From sequence record NC_042098.1: a stretch of DNA of 64,000 nucleotides; one strand, written 5' to 3'. A model generated the notes under the pieces. That model did no database searches and was not told the origin of the DNA. It saw only the letters and a program-made list of their open reading frames with translations. Both the position numbers and the translations under genes were made by a program. Positions 62,910-64,000 of the stretch are shown here, piece by piece. Numbering within the stretch: position 1 is the first letter of the stretch; each line of letters starts with the position of its first letter.

Positions 62910-62923
62910 GGTAGAGACTCACT

Positions 62924-64000
62924 ATGTCTATTCAAGCATTTTTAAACCTCGGCGCCGAGGCTTTCGAAGACGCACCGGTTGTTGAAGAAGCACCGGTTGT
63001 AGTTGTTGCACCAGTACCAGAAGAAGTGATCGAGCTGATTGCCGAGCGTGATGATTCGAACATCGCCCTGGCTATTGCTCAGGATGCGGCGGCAATGTCT
63101 GCTGCTGAGCGTCAGGTGGAAGAGTTTGCTTCCGCAATCGAGCGCGTTGAAAATGTCCAGGCATCAATGGAGCACTTCATCGAAGCGGGCCTGTCGCAGA
63201 AATCAGCAATGATGCTGCATCGCCAGATCTCAACAGTTATGGCATCTGTCGGCAAGGATGGCAGCGCCATCGGTGGCGGTCTGGAAAACTTCGACAACGA
63301 AGAAGCCAGCATTGCACTGCTGACCGCTGGTCTGGAAGCACTGGATGCCGAGAAAGCCGATCTGTCCTCCCGTGCCGGTGCATCTATTGCCGGTATCGCT
63401 GGTAACATTAAAAGCTTTCTGGGCAACATCAGTACTCAGGCCGGTCGTTATAAACTGCGTGCTGAAGCGATCGTTAAATCTGCTGACGGCGCTGAAGCCA
63501 AGTCCGGTACTGTTGAAGTAAAAGATAAACACCTGGTTGTAAAAGGTGGCAATCCATCAACTAACCTGAAAGGCGATCTGGGTAACTTCAGCAAGCTGGT
63601 TGGTGCGGCAATCGCTACCTTCATCGAAGGCGATATCGTTAAAGAAGGCAGCGCCCTGGCAAAAGCTGGCGAGACCATCATTAAAGCGACTACCGCTGAT
63701 GTGGCAGTGAAAGCTGCAATGGGTGTGAAACACAATCCATTCCCGGGCGCAACCATCGCAGTGCAGGACAAAGACACCTTCAGTATCAAACGTACTGAAG
63801 TGGTTCTCGGCGGCTATGCGGTATTCGATCTGCAATATAAAGCCACCGGCGGCGAAGGTGCTGAAGCAGCTGTTGCGCATCTGAATGCACTGAGCAAAAA
63901 CCGCGTTACTCTTCGTCAGGCTCCAGTTGAAGCTGGTAGCGAGAAAGTATTCTCTGCCACTATGTCTCCGGCCGATGGCGCAGCACTGGCGAAAGATGTT
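62924..64000 (+). CDS. Internal head protein paralog 4, 3'-truncated by the window (absent from the ORF track)
   Basis: Translated by hand from the ATG at 62924 after AAGGTAG: MSIQAFLNLGAEAFEDAPVVEEAP...ASMEHF...GGLENF...TAGLEAL. Confidence 0.8.
   Translation, partial: MSIQAFLNLGAEAFEDAPVVEEAPVVVVAPVPEEVIELIAERDDSNIALAIAQDAAAMSAAERQVEEFASAIERVENVQASMEHFIEAGLSQKSAMMLHRQISTVMASVGKDGSAIGGGLENFDNEEASIALLTAGLEALDAEKADLSSRAGASIAGIAGNIKSFLGNISTQAGRYKLRAEAIVKSADGAEAKSGTVEVKDKHLVVKGGNPSTNLKGDLGNFSKLVGAAIATFIEGDIVKEGSALAKAGETIIKATTADVAVKAAMGVKHNPFPGATIAVQDKDTFSIKRTEVVLGGYAVFDLQYKATGGEGAEAAVAHLNALSKNRVTLRQAPVEAGSEKVFSATMSPADGAALAKDV

Noticed and set aside
1-64000. tRNA, rRNA, intein, group I intron, integrase or transposase
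   Set aside because: No cloverleaf, intein splice motifs, split RNAP ORFs or recombinase motifs were recognised by eye. A tRNAscan/Infernal run would be needed to exclude small ncRNAs.

Overview
This window comes from a nucleus-forming, phiKZ-related jumbo phage (Chimalliviridae-like). It contains no bacterial housekeeping genes, and I found no rRNA, tRNA, CRISPR array or transposase. Gene order follows the phiKZ core block. It runs from the C-terminal part of the non-virion RNAP beta' N-subunit (NADFDGD) through an Mre11/SbcD nuclease, a ChmC-like protein, the gp68-like nvRNAP subunit, a PicA/Imp1-position gene, a gp70-like gene, the nvRNAP beta and beta' C-subunits and an SF2 helicase. Next come an accessory region, a minus-strand late operon, the virion RNAP beta' C-subunit, a second accessory region, tail-associated genes and the exonuclease half of the split family-B DNA polymerase. 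The window ends in a virion/head gene cluster with S/A/G-x-E maturation sites. phiKZ gp numbers are assigned from motifs where these are visible and otherwise from synteny only. Top observations: (1) a perfect U UUU UUU slippery site that would join a CxxC chaperone-like ORF to a start-less -1 frame ORF (lambda G/GT-style recoding); (2) a recurring intergenic hairpin + TTATGCCG element, a possible phage-specific termination or initiation signal; (3) a Q/M/P prion-like domain encoded next to the nuclear-import gene; (4) a DUF2829/Tad2-type signal-sponge gene beside a four-gene paralog array; (5) two LCCL-like virion proteins; (6) an HExxH paralog triplet with one degenerate copy; (7) phage promoter motifs and a double palindrome in a head-gene leader.
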